Source: Lama glama
Taxonomy: Eukaryota
NCBI GenBank assembly: GCA_028534125.1
Contig: CM052817.1
Span: forward strand, 18,788,001-18,852,000
DNA length: 64,000 bases
Direction: 5' to 3'
Positions 51,405-63,429 of this stretch are shown one piece after another. The first letter of the stretch is position 1, and the number at the start of each line of letters is the position of its first letter. The position numbers were made by a program, and so were the translations under genes. The notes under the pieces are model-generated. The model did not search any database, was not told the DNA's origin, and saw only the letters and a program-made list of their open reading frames with translations.

Positions 51405-51980
51405 TTCATTCTTTCCTTCTTTTATTTAACAAACATTTTTTAAATGCCAACTGTGTGTGACACGCTAAGGTTACAAAGATGAGTAAGTCACAGCTACTGT
51501 TAGAATCCAGTGCCGAAAAAACTGTGTGAGCACATAATACAGTCGGATAACTACTATGAGTAAAATGCAAAGTCTTAGGAATCCTAAACAAAAGACGGAC
51601 CAATATATTTGAGATTGATGTTGTAAGTGTGTACAGTTGTCCTTGGCCCAGGTTGAAAAAAGGAGATTTAGATTTACCAATATAAGTTTCGGGAGAATTT
51701 GGGGGTAAAGGCTGGGAAGGTAAGAGGAAATAGGAATTGAGGATGGAGCGAAGGGATATTCTCCTAAAGAAATCACATGGTCATAGTGATGGGTCTGGAA
51801 ACACATATTCTGTTTGTGGAATTTAATGTCTAAATCTAATGTCTAGATTTAATGTCTAAATCAAAAGTGGTAGGAAATAATGAATTAATAAAAAATTAAA
51901 TTGCTGCTGTAGATGATGGGTCATTGAAGATTTTAAATAGGAGACTGGCATGACAGAATTGTGTTAGAAAGATCAACTGC
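51405..51980 (-). mobile_element. L2 fragment
   Basis: ttcattctttccttcttttatttaacaaacatttttt...cattgaagattttaaataggg...gttagaaagatca. Confidence 0.65.
51824..51862. repeat. 13-bp unit tandem repeat, 3 copies
   Basis: taatgtctaaatc / taatgtctagatt / taatgtctaaatc. Confidence 0.9.
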
Positions 51981-52859
51981 AAAGATTTCCATTTTCACAG
52001 GATAATAAAGGGATGTTGTTGCTTTCTGGTATAAAATCTTTCAGTATCTAGCATTTTTATTCAGGGAAAAATTCTTAATCTTCAATAATTGCTTCATGTT
52101 CTTGTCCTTGTCCACCTATACAGCTTCATCTTTCACCAGCTTTTAGCTCACAGGTTGTGTTCACACCATGCTGAATTTTAGCTTCCTTGTATCTTCTACC
52201 ATTTGGTTCGAAAAATAGAACCAGCATTAGAGTAGATTGCTGTTTCTTTTGTCAAGCACCAAATCAGTCAAAAATAACATTGAATCAACAAATATGAAAA
52301 GTCCATTAACTGGAATTTTCCTTTTGTTTTATGTTTAGAAGAACACTAAATCTCTTTTTTAGTGAAAAGGAGTACCTATCATGAATTGTCATGGCAATTC
52401 ATGTGTATTGATACCCCCATTATCTACGAGATCCTTATTAATAAAAAAATAACAAACTTGGATTGTTTTTGTGTAGTTAGGTTTGATGAGGAAGGGAGTA
52501 GATAGTGATGGCAAAAATAAGGCATTTTGGTCAATTCTTAGTAAATACTATGTACTGTATAGTGTGCATTTATATATACACCATATATATACTATGTGCA
52601 TATAGTACATATATATGTATAATATATATACACATGCTGTACATATGTTTGTGTAAACACTCACATTCACACATAATGCCGTAATGCTACATTCTAGAGT
52701 CTTCTGGTTAATGGAGCTATGAATTTTATCTTGATTACAGTCAGTCGGTTAGAAACTGTGGATAATCTTACAAGGGTTCAACCAATGGGCTGGTACAAGC
52801 AATAACATGTTATAATGAGAATAGTACCAGCCTGGTATGTAGATGAACCAAATTCTGAT

Positions 52860-53015
52860 CACAACCTTGGAAACTAAAGTCTGTGTGACCAGAGACAGGC
52901 AAATAGCTTCACTTCTCTGTGTCTCAGTTTTCTTATTCATAAATTAAGGATCTTGGAAATGCATGATTCAAAAGAGATGTTTTTCTTCAGGTCCTTTTCA
53001 ACTTATATTGTCTAA
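52860..53015 (+). mobile_element. MIR3/MIRc-like SINE overlapping the candidate exon acceptor
   Basis: cttcacttctctgtgtctcagttttcttattcataaa...aggtccttttcaactt resembles the MIR3 3' end (aaggtcccttccagctct). Confidence 0.55.
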
Positions 53016-53081
53016 AATGTGCTTCAATAATTTGAAGAGTTTCAAAGCAAGGTGTAAAAGTAGTAGTAAAGTTTTCTTCAG
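52991..53081 (+). other. Candidate internal 5'-UTR exon (91 nt)
   Basis: Acceptor gtttttcttcAG|G at 52990/52991 and strong donor CAG|GTAAGA at 53081/53082. Inferred from splice signals only. Confidence 0.5.
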
Positions 53082-54689
53082 GTAAGATGTAAAATAGTTC
53101 TTAGGGTGTAGGAGTGATGGAGTCTAAGGTTGACTTGAAAATTTTTAAAAAAAAGCAGTTTAAAAAAGCAGCAGAAATTTCAACAGATGACATTGACATG
53201 GGAGGAAGAGTAAATAATAAAGAAAAATACAGCAAGCTACACGGGGACTTAGATCATTTAAGTGCTAAAAGATGAAAGCTAGTTCAAAATAGCTCTAAAT
53301 CAGAACAGTGACACATCTCTGCAAAAAGGAATATCAAATAATTGCACATCATTAAGTCTAAGATATCAAAAAGTAAAAGTATAAAGGTAATTTTGTGTAC
53401 ATTATTAAATGTGAGTGATTCATAATAAGTAATATGATTTTTAAAAAGCCGAATATTAAAAAGAAAGAGCAACTGTAATTAAGAAGGGCAGACAGAGTCT
53501 AAAGAATAGCTTAACACTGATAATCTCAACAATAGGAAAAAATGCGAAGAATTAGGAGAAAGACCGTCAGGGGTGCTACTACTAATTAAACCAGAAATGG
53601 TTTTCATTAGAAGTTATTTTTAAGAAGTAGAAGAAAACTGTCTATTTGCCAACATTTAGGAACCTTTCTGGAAAGCATTGTCCATGTTCTTATTTAATCT
53701 CAGACCACCTGAGAAGGTGAATATAGCAAGAAAGCCCCGTCCCTCCTCTGTTCTGAAGCTAGATTCATACATTTATTGATCGTTCACTAGTGTGGATTAT
53801 CAGAGATTGATTGCTGGCAGTTAATCATTTGAAGGCTATGCCTCGACCAGGTCAGCCTTCGCTCGTGCCATCTAGCGCCCCAGATCCTCCCTAAGAGAAT
53901 TCTCTAAAGAATGTCAAGAGAGTGTGGGGAAGAGATCCTACCACAGTTGATACCCGCTTGCTCAAGCTGCCCTACAATTTATTCTCTTTCCTATTAATAT
54001 TGCTCTTGATAGTAATTTAATCTTATAAATGAGCATGTGTGTTTTACTGTGTACATATGTGTATGTTTGGGGAACTGAAATAAAAATTAAAAAGTAGGTG
54101 TATTTTCCCTGAGAACGTTCATACCTTCTTATTACATGGAAGCCGGGGATTGTCTCCTTCTTAAATCATGCCAGAATTTTGAACCAGGTGACAAATTAGT
54201 CATGAGGAGCGGGTAGAGAGAGATCAATGGATGGATTTCATTAAGGATAAAACTAATTACAGACTGAGACATGGATCAGTGGGCAAATGCGCTTCCTAAT
54301 CACCGCTCCCCGCCCCCTCTTCTCTCTGACTATCTTCGACAGAACTGCATCCTGCAAAGTCACTGGGAAAGTCAGAGAGCCTGAGCCATGTGAGTTCTTC
54401 CCTTTGCCCAACCCGACAAACAAAGAAGAGTTGTGGGTTATAAGAGGCTGGACCTGTCTTCCCAGTCCACTCTGCTGGCAATAGAATAGGAGTTTCTTCC
54501 CATCTGTGAGGAGCATGACATAACTTCCCACCCCTACTCCCCCAAATTTAGGAGTAGCCCATCTCAGGACCCAAGACAAGATAGTAATGACATGATTTGA
54601 GTGGCTCTGACTCCACTTCTTTGACATTCTTATTTCCTTTTTTTTTCCCCCAGTCATTTACTTTAACCTTTCTGTTACCTGTCAAGCAT

Positions 54690-56720
54690 GACTCTTGTAA
54701 GGAACATTTTTTAAAAATCATGTCTGACACTCTTTTCACTTAATGATAATAGTCCATTTACTTTCAACATAATCACTGATACATTGGGTTTTGATCTGCC
54801 ATCTTCCTTTTTGATTTGATTTGTCTCCAGAGTATTATGTCCCTTATTCTCATCTTTGCTTCGTCTTGTTTTGGATTAAGTAATGGAGATTTTCTTTGTT
54901 GTTGTTATTTGATTATTCATCTTAGTCAGCTTGTTAGTCATACATTATTTAACTGTTGTTTTTAGGGGTTAGCTTAAAGATTGCAACATGTATTCTTGGC
55001 GTATGTTGTTCTAATATAAAATAGTACATTTACCACTTTGTAAGAAAATTGTAGGAACTTTTAATATTTATCTCTATTTGCACCTCTCCTGCCTTTTATT
55101 TACTGTAGTCATGATTTTAACCTCATATATATTTTATTTCCTTTTTAGAGACAGGATTATCATTTTTATAGTCAATGTTCATTTAAATTTGTTCACATGT
55201 TAAACTTTTTTTTCTTTCTGTTTTTTCCTACATTTTCATGTTTCTACCTAGAGTCATTTTCCTTCTGCTTGAAGAGATCTTTAAGTCATTCTGTTTGGGT
55301 AGGTGTGATGGTGACAAATTATATAAAATTTTTATTCATCTAGAGTCACCTTTATTTTGTCATCATTTTATATACAGTTTGTTTTCCCTAGAAAGGGTTC
55401 TAACTTGGCAATTTTTTCCCCGGTACTTTAAAAATATCATGCAGTTGTTTTCTGGATTTCATTGCTTCTTTTGAGAAATCAGATCCTTGTTTTTTAAAAA
55501 TATACAATGACATGTATCTACTATTATAGTAATGGTGGAATAGTTTCACTGCCCTACACATACTTTGTGCTGCACCTGGTCAGCCCTCCCTCTGCCCTAG
55601 CTCCTGGTAACCACTGATGTTTTCACTATCTCCATAGTTTTACCTTTTGTGAGGATCATATAGTGTGTAGCCTTTTCAAACTGGCTTCTTTTACTTAGAA
55701 ATAGGTATTTGAATTTCCTCCGTGTCTTTTTGTGGCTTGATAGCTCACTTATTTTCAGTACTGAGTAATATTCTATTGTCGGGATGTACCACAATTCATT
55801 TATTCATTCACTCACTGAAGGATAGCCTGGTTGCTTCCAAGTGTTGGCACTTATGAGTAAATCTTTCTGTTAACATCTGTGTGTTGGTTTTTGCATGGAC
55901 ATAAGCTTTCAGATAATTTAGGTAAATAACATGTAGCAAAAGTCTCTTCTTAAGGAAGTTTGTGTGTGTGTGTGTGTGCGTGTGTGTGTTTAACTTAGTC
56001 ATGGATTGTCAGCAATTTTGCAACACAACAAAACAAAAAAAAAACCCAAAACAAACCTTTTTGTGGTTTGCTGTACTTCTTGAATCCTTAGTTTATGAGT
56101 TTTGGGAAATTTTCATCTATTACTTCTTTCCTACTCAATCTCAACATTCCTTCCTGGGACTCAACTTAAATGTGGTTTAGGCCTTTTTCCTTTGTCCCAA
56201 ATGTTTGTTACATTTTCCACCTCTTTCTTGCTCCAACCCTTATCCTACTTATTTTCTGCTAACCTGTTTGCTAGCTTATTAATGTTTTCTTCCACTGTGT
56301 TAAATCTGCAGCTAACCCTACCTGTTGAATTATTTTCAATTACATACTTGTGTTTTCCTTTTAAAGAAAGATTACAGTTAGTCAGACTTCTGTCTTGTCA
56401 TTTATTCTCTTGTTCACATTTATTACTTTTTTTTTTTGTTAGAGAACTGTGTTTTCTAAACCCAATACCTGGGTCACTTGCAGCTTGGCTTGTTTTGAAT
56501 TTTTCATTCTTCTTTGGGTGATGTGAATGACAGGTTTTATTTGACTAACATGGTGTATTAAAAAAAACACCTAGCCTCTACGTTTATGATATCTCTCAAG
56601 GGAGAGTTTATTCTTCTCTTTAATTGACAGATTGAGTGGATGGAAAGCACCTTAATCTGATAAGAGACTGAGCTGACTTGTGAGTTAGGTTACATTGTTT
56701 ATAACACTTGATCTATTTCT
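54690..56720 (-). mobile_element. Old L1 (inter-ORF/ORF1 region) with a nested L1MC-like 3' fragment (~55490-55940)
   Basis: tagtccatttactttcaacataatcactgata; the nested piece has ctggtaaccactgatg, ttttcaaactggcttctttt, ggttgcttccaag. Confidence 0.75.
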
Positions 56721-57489
56721 GCTTCCTCTAATCCATGTTGTCTTTGGCTGTCTATCTTCAAATCAAAAGAAATCATAAAATTATGGAATGTTGTTTACAG
56801 GAAGCACTTTAGAATGATTAGCCAGTGCTTTCATTTCTACGGTAGAACAGATGCTGAAGGAATGTGTATTCGTTGGCAAGATTTTACGCAGATACTAAGT
56901 AGGAATTCCAACTACCTCATACATCAGTATGCTTTTCTTACATCTGCTGAAGTGGTCAGTTGTACTCTCCTGGTGCACTAGTCGGGATCTTGTAATCTAA
57001 TTCAGAAATCAGTCCCTCTTACCTTGAGCTGACACCGAATTTACTAGACTTTTATATTGAGCTCATAAAATTACTGGAAGTTGGAGTGAAAGGCTCAGAA
57101 AATGCTCGGGCTCTAAGCTGGGCACAGCAAGTGTGGGCCATGTCATCTGCAGGAGCAGTCTGCTCAGGGTGCCTCCAGCAGTGGTCCTCCTGGCTCCTGC
57201 AGATGCTGACACACTGAACAAACTCAGAAGTCTTCGTTTGTCTTTGTCTCGCTCCCTCACAGTTCAGGGTTTTGGGCAAAAGCACGTTATTGGCCAAGCT
57301 TTGGTTACTTGATGTTTCCGTGGAAATCCAGGGTGCAGAGTAGAGAATTGTAAGGTCACATTAACATATATATTTGTATACCTGAGTCATGACTTCGGTG
57401 TGCTGTAGAGAGATCTTTCAGGGAAGAGACTTGGATTTTCATCTAGAATGCGAAGCGTTAGAACGTTTAGACAATTATTAGGACTTCTG

Positions 57490-57600
57490 TCTTTCTTTTC
57501 TTATCTGTAAAATAGGGATAATAATCCTTGCCTTTTCCTAACTCACAGAGATATTAACAAAGATCTTCGAAGTCATACAAGGTAAGTGGCATATATAAAT
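57490..57600 (+). mobile_element. MIR SINE
   Basis: tttcttatctgtaaaatagggataataat...ctaactcacagag. Confidence 0.65.
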
Positions 57601-57690
57601 ACAATTTTTGATATAAGTTACCACAAGATGATACCCATCTTACTAAAATGAATAAAAACATCATACATTTCCTTTTTGTTTTTCCTATAG

Positions 57691-57756
57691 CTGTCTTACC
57701 TTTAAATCAATAGTGAACTCTTTGGAAAAATCAGCAAAGCTTTCATGAAAATTGGA
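57691..57756 (+). other. Candidate internal exon; 3' end uncertain
   Basis: Long polypyrimidine tract tttcctttttgtttttcctatAG ending at 57690, with a possible branch site near 57642. Nearest plausible donor is GGA|GTAAGG at 57756/57757. Confidence 0.4.
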
Positions 57757-57979
57757 GTAAGGTTTAAGCAACCATAAGTTGAATTTTAAATATTTTCAAT
57801 ACAGGCAAAAACCGTAATGTATGGTTAAACGGAACATTATTTGTAGTGAATGAGGTCCATATTTTTAGTTTCATTTGAAGCCCAGTGTCCAGAATCATTT
57901 TCATTATTAAAGAGGCAGTGTATCAATTTCTGGATTTCATTTTTCTCTATCAGTTACTAGTAAGAAATTTTAGTTTCTA

Positions 57980-58479
57980 NNNNNNNNNNNNNNNNNNNNN
58001 NNNNNNNNNNNNNNNNNNNNNNNNNNNNNNNNNNNNNNNNNNNNNNNNNNNNNNNNNNNNNNNNNNNNNNNNNNNNNNNNNNNNNNNNNNNNNNNNNNNN
58101 NNNNNNNNNNNNNNNNNNNNNNNNNNNNNNNNNNNNNNNNNNNNNNNNNNNNNNNNNNNNNNNNNNNNNNNNNNNNNNNNNNNNNNNNNNNNNNNNNNNN
58201 NNNNNNNNNNNNNNNNNNNNNNNNNNNNNNNNNNNNNNNNNNNNNNNNNNNNNNNNNNNNNNNNNNNNNNNNNNNNNNNNNNNNNNNNNNNNNNNNNNNN
58301 NNNNNNNNNNNNNNNNNNNNNNNNNNNNNNNNNNNNNNNNNNNNNNNNNNNNNNNNNNNNNNNNNNNNNNNNNNNNNNNNNNNNNNNNNNNNNNNNNNNN
58401 NNNNNNNNNNNNNNNNNNNNNNNNNNNNNNNNNNNNNNNNNNNNNNNNNNNNNNNNNNNNNNNNNNNNNNNNNNNNNNN
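57980..58479. other. Assembly gap (500 N)
   Basis: Run of N, flanked by identical 199-bp sequences. Confidence 0.99.
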
Positions 58480-58964
58480 GAATTTTAAATATTTTCAATA
58501 CAGGCAAAAACCGTAATGTATGGTTAAACGGAACATTATTTGTAGTGAATGAGGTCCATATTTTTAGTTTCATTTGAAGCCCAGTGTCCAGAATCATTTT
58601 CATTATTAAAGAGGCAGTGTATCAATTTCTGGATTTCATTTTTCTCTATCAGTTACTAGTAAGAAATTTTAGTTTCTAAGCCATTATTCTTAAATCCTCT
58701 GTACATTGTCCATTATAAATATGTCCATGTGACCAATCATACAGCAGAATAGGTCTCTGTGGCAGTGGGACATATATGAGACTCTGTCCTGTAGACAGCC
58801 TAAGCAAAGAGGTCAACAAGAAATTAAGTACTAGACTGAAGTCTTTTTTTTTTTCTCTCTCTCTCCATCGGGTGTTTGCTCTGTCAGGACTAAGACTCAT
58901 CAGCATTGTGATCTAACAAAAATGCTGTACCATTACTATAAATTGCCTGATAGTTACTTTTCTG

Positions 58965-59103
58965 GTTTCTTTCTTTTTTTTTTGGTAGGGGGAGGGGAAG
59001 GTTATTAGGTTTATTTATTTTTTGATGTCTGTACTGGGAACTGAACCCAGGACCTCAGGCATGCTAAGCATGTGCTCTACTACTGAGCTGTACCCTCCCA
59101 CCA
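58965..59103 (-). mobile_element. tRNA-Ala-derived SINE (vic-1 type)
   Basis: gtactgggaactgaacccaggacc...gctaagcatgtgctctactactgagctgtaccctccc; 15-bp TSD atagttacttttctg at 58950-58964 and 59104-59118. Confidence 0.92.
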
Positions 59104-59338
59104 ATAGTTACTTTTCTGATTCTTAGATAGAAACCTATCTAACAAAACGTTCACATACAAAAACACTAACACATATTTCTAGTCTGGCTCAAAGTTTTCT
59201 TTTGTATTTCATCAACCTATTAATTACCATTGGGATGATAATGTAAGTAAATCTATCTCCTAAAAACATATTAGTATAATGAAACAGGTGATTTTAGATT
59301 AACATTTTTAAAGTCAGCAATTCCAAAAGTAGTAGACA

Positions 59339-59454
59339 GGGGACTTCTTAGGCTTCATAATTATGTGAGCCAGTACTTTACATACATCTCTGTGTATACA
59401 TCCTTAGATTCTATCCTTGGCTTCTGTTTCTCTGGAGGACCTTGACTCATGCAC
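59339..59454 (+). mobile_element. MLT2 3' fragment
   Basis: ggacttcttaggcttcataattatgtgagcca...ttctgtttctctggaggaccttgact. Confidence 0.7.
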
Positions 59455-60024
59455 ATGTGGTCTGTAGCTGCAGTAGGAAGTCATGAATGATATACAGGCA
59501 AATAGCTAAATTTTCTCCTTTTAGCTGTGTCTTCTAATATGTTGCAGAAAAGAAAATAGAAATAATTTAATGATAATTTACTTTCATAGAAAGAAAGTTT
59601 AAAAAGTTTTCCAGTGTAAAAAAAATTTCCAGAACAAAATGAAAGCTGTCACCTCAAAATTATCCTAACATGATAAACAAATAATTAGTGACTTTTCTTT
59701 TTGTGTAATGAGTCATTAAAGTGACAGAAGGATAGCGATATAATAAAATCCATATTAACAATCCTTGTTTTATATTTGACATTATGCCAGCATACTAATG
59801 AATGCACTTTTGTTTACTTAAATATTAAAAAAAAAGCTACTGCATTTCCTGAACAACATGGATAAAATCATTGATATATTTTGTTATAATCAAACATTGG
59901 CAGTGTCTTGATTTTATTTAAAAAAAAAAGAATATGAAACAAAACTATTGGAAAACCTGGTTGAAAATGAAAGCATGTTTTTGGGAGGGTGGAGGCTGCT
60001 TTATTTATTTATTTTTACTTACAT

Positions 60025-60798
60025 TCTTTTTTATTGAACTATTGTCGGTTTACAACATTGTGTCAGTTTCTGGTGTACAGAGTAATGTTTGTCATACATG
60101 TACATACATATATTCATTTTCATATTTTTTATTATAGGTTACTACAAGGTATTGAATATAGTTTTCTGTGCTATTCAGTATAAATTTATTGTTTACCTAT
60201 TTTATACATAGTAGTTTTTGAAAATCTCAAACTCGCAATTTATCCCTTCCGTTCCTCTTTTCCCCTCTGGTAACCATAAGTTTGCTTTCTATGTCTGTGA
60301 GTCTGTATCTATTTTGTAAATAAGTTCATTTGTGTCTTATTTAGATTCCACATATAAGTGATATCATATGGTATTTTTTGTTCTCTTCCTATCTTACTTT
60401 ACTTAGAATGATCATCTCCAGGTCCATGAATGTTGCTGCAAATGGCATTATTTTAGTCTTTTTAATGGCTGAGTAGTGTTCCATATATACCACATCTTCT
60501 TTATCCAGTCATCTGTCGATGGATGTTTAGGTTGTTTCCACGTCTTGGCTATTGTAAATAGTGCTGCTGTGAACATTGGAGTGCATGTGTCTTTTTGAAT
60601 TGTATTTTTTTCCAGATACATGTCCAGGAGTGGGATTTCTGGATCATATGGGAAGTCTGTTTTTAGTTCTTTAAGGAACCTCTATACTGTCCTCCGTAGT
60701 GGCTGTGCCAGTTTACATTCCCACCACCAGTGTAGGAGGGTTCCTTTTTCTCTACACCCTCTCCAGCATTTAATGTTTGTGGAATTTTGAATGATGGC
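60025..60798 (-). mobile_element. Artiodactyl/camelid L1 3' end (5'-truncated)
   Basis: ttagattccacatataagtgatatcatatggta, ttctttatccagtcatctgtcgatgga, ttacattcccaccaccagtgtaggagggttcc. Confidence 0.93.
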
Positions 60799-61249
60799 GG
60801 TAAAACCTGGATGCAATTGCTATTGTGACTCTTTGGCTTGTTCAATAATTTGGGGTTGAAAGTTCAAAGGTCAGGGTTTCAAAACCAAGTCAGAGAAGAT
60901 TTGTGAAGGGGTTAATCTTCAAATTTCACTCTTAAAAAGAAACACACGCAAATAGGCAAATGTGTAAAAGTGGAGTTTTAAGTCTGAAAAGTGTGTGGGG
61001 GCAGAGGCATTGACTAGAAGACAAATAACCTCATGTGCACAAAAAGCAGCGGATGCCTTGTGCTGATGTTAATACAATGGGGAGGGTTGGGGGCAAAATG
61101 GACTGTTAGTGCTGGTTTATGAAGCTGGGTGTGCCCTCTTTGGAAGATTTGGGTTTAGCTCAAGGACAGTGATAAGCTCAAAGGAATTTTATGTGAAAAA
61201 AAGGGACAGTTGAATTTGAATATTTATTGTTCTCTTGCTGTTTTTATTA

Positions 61250-61720
61250 AAGAGGATGAATTCAAAGATGATGAGATTAGAATTAGGGGGATGAATTAGA
61301 AGGATTTTGAAGTTATCCAGTGGAGAAATGATTGGGGTCTAAGCTAAAGCAATGAGCGTAGACATGGAAGGAAGGAAATGAATTTGAGAAATAGTTAGAA
61401 AGTCAGATCAGCAGAAGTGGGTGCCTGTGTTGGGATGGGTGTGCAGCCTCGGAGGGAAAGGTCTGTGATAACTCCCAGTTTCATGCTTGCATTTTGAGAG
61501 TAGTGCCTTCAAAACAGACAGGAAGTACAGTGAGGAAAATGAGCTGGTGGGGCCTATAATCCACTAATGAGAATTGTTTCACAGGTGTTTAGATGTAGTG
61601 ACCTGAAGCTAGAGGAGTCATCTAAGCAGAGATTTGGGAGTCATTGCATACAGATAGTCATTAAAGCCAAGAGAGCAGATAAAAGAACTCACGGGCAATT
61701 TGGGATAATGAAACTGAGAA
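61250..61720 (-). mobile_element. L2 fragment
   Basis: tccagtggagaaatga...gaatttgagaaatagttag...agatttgggagtcattgcatacagatagtcattaaagcca. Confidence 0.65.
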
Positions 61721-62016
61721 GCTCCTTCTTTCCAATGATGATGGCATCAAAGTGACTTGAATACCTAAGAATTCAGTACATTTGAACCTCTCTCTCTTCC
61801 TTCACACACCCAAAATGAATGAGGCCTTAAACCTGGTGAACTGTCCGAGGGTACCTTGGTCAACAGCTATTTTAGTATCACTTAGTTGATAGTGGTAACA
61901 TCTTTATCCTGCCTAGACATAATTCAAATCCTCTGAAGGCAGAACCCAGAAACACACATTTTCAAATTCTCCAGGTCATTCCATTCATTTCAAACCTAAG
62001 AAAGATCTACTTCAGT

Positions 62017-62890
62017 CAGTGCTTTCAAAATAAGAATGAGAACACAAATCACCTGGGCATCATGTTAAACAGTGGATTCAGATTCTTTCCATCTGGGAAG
62101 AAGCCTGATGGTCCTGATTTTCTTTTTTAATTGAAGTGCAGTCAGTTATAATGTGTCAGTTTCTGGTGTACAGCACAATGTCCCAGTCATGTATATACAT
62201 ATATATTCATTTTCATATTCTTTTTCATTAAAGGTTATTACAAAGTATTGAATATAGTTCCTTGTGCTATACAGAAGAAACTTTTTTTTAAAGTTTTAAA
62301 TCTTTTTTTATATATAGTGGCTAACATTTGCAAATCTCAAACTCCTAAGTTTATTCCTTCCCATTCCCTTTCCCCCAGTAACCATAAGATTGTCTATTTC
62401 TGTTTTGTAGATGAGTTCATTAGTGCCCTCCTTTTTTCTTTTTTTTAAGATTCTACATGTAAGTGATATCATATGATATTTTTCTTTCTCTTTCTGGCTT
62501 ACTTCACTTAGAATGACAATCTGTAGTTCCATCCATTTTGCTGCAAATGGCATTATTTTATTCTTTTTTATGCCTGAGTAGTAATCCATGGTATAAATAT
62601 ACCACAACTTTATCCCATCATCTGTTGATGGAAATTTAGGTTGCTTCCTTGTCTTGGCTATTGTATATAGTGCTGCCATGAAAACTGGGGTACATGTAGC
62701 TTTTTGAATTAGAGTTCCCTCCAGATATATGCCAGAAGTGAGATTGCTGGATCACATGTTAAGTCTAATTTTAGGTTTTTGAGGAACTCTATACTATTTT
62801 CCATAATGGCTGCACTGAGAAGCCTATGATTTTTAATTGGCTTCTCAGTGTGCTGCAGCTTGTCCAGGCACACACTGAGAAACAAGGCCT
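62017..62890. mobile_element. MER5A-like MITE split by the L1 at 62118-62816
   Basis: cagtgctttcaaa...aatcacctgggcatcatgttaaa...gattc on the left; gtccaggcacacactgagaaac on the right. Confidence 0.6.
62118..62816 (-). mobile_element. Camelid L1 3' end (5'-truncated)
   Basis: tttaattgaagtgcagtcagtt...tggcttacttcacttagaatgacaat...ttttccataatggctgcac; same family as 60025-60798. Confidence 0.93.
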
Positions 62891-63429
62891 TGGAGCACAT
62901 AATGCCCTCAGAGCTTACCAGATGTAAATAACCACTGTATTTTATTTTATTGTTATTTTTATTTTATTATTGATATAATTATCTAGAAGTATATTATGAT
63001 TTCTACTCCATTGATTTATTTTGGAATGCCATTCTTATTCTTTTAGCCTGTTTCTAGCTTTGGAGCCACAATTTTAGGGAAAAAATCTGATTAGAAATTG
63101 AATTGCTTGAGGAATGTAATCACTTTTACTTACTTAATACTTTCTAAAAAGAACTCTTCAAAACTTGAAATATGCAATATGAGCACCCAGGAGGGGGAAA
63201 TGATAGACTATCTTACAAATGTGTTTGATGACAAGACCTTTCTGCCCAGAATGCTAATGAAAATCTCAAGGGAACACAGGTTAGGAACATTGCCTAAAGC
63301 CACACTAGAGTTGACTTGGAACTTCTTTGCATGTCATTTTCAGTTTGCTGTAATATATCTGTGCTTAGGCTCTTGAAAAGCAAGCGTTTCACAGTGTTGT
63401 GGGTATGAGGGTGGGCCCAGGGGCAGGGC

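Noticed and set aside
57885..58603. 230-aa and 208-aa ORFs
   Set aside because: Artefacts of translating through the N gap.
57781..58678. Biological tandem repeat or LTR pair
   Set aside because: The identical copies abut the gap edges exactly, typical of an unmerged contig overlap; no TG...CA ends or TSD.
62308..62900. 123-aa and 63-aa minus-strand ORFs as host genes
   Set aside because: Degenerate C-terminal L1 ORF2 translations (KLWYIYTMDYYSGIKKNKIMPFAAKWMEL).
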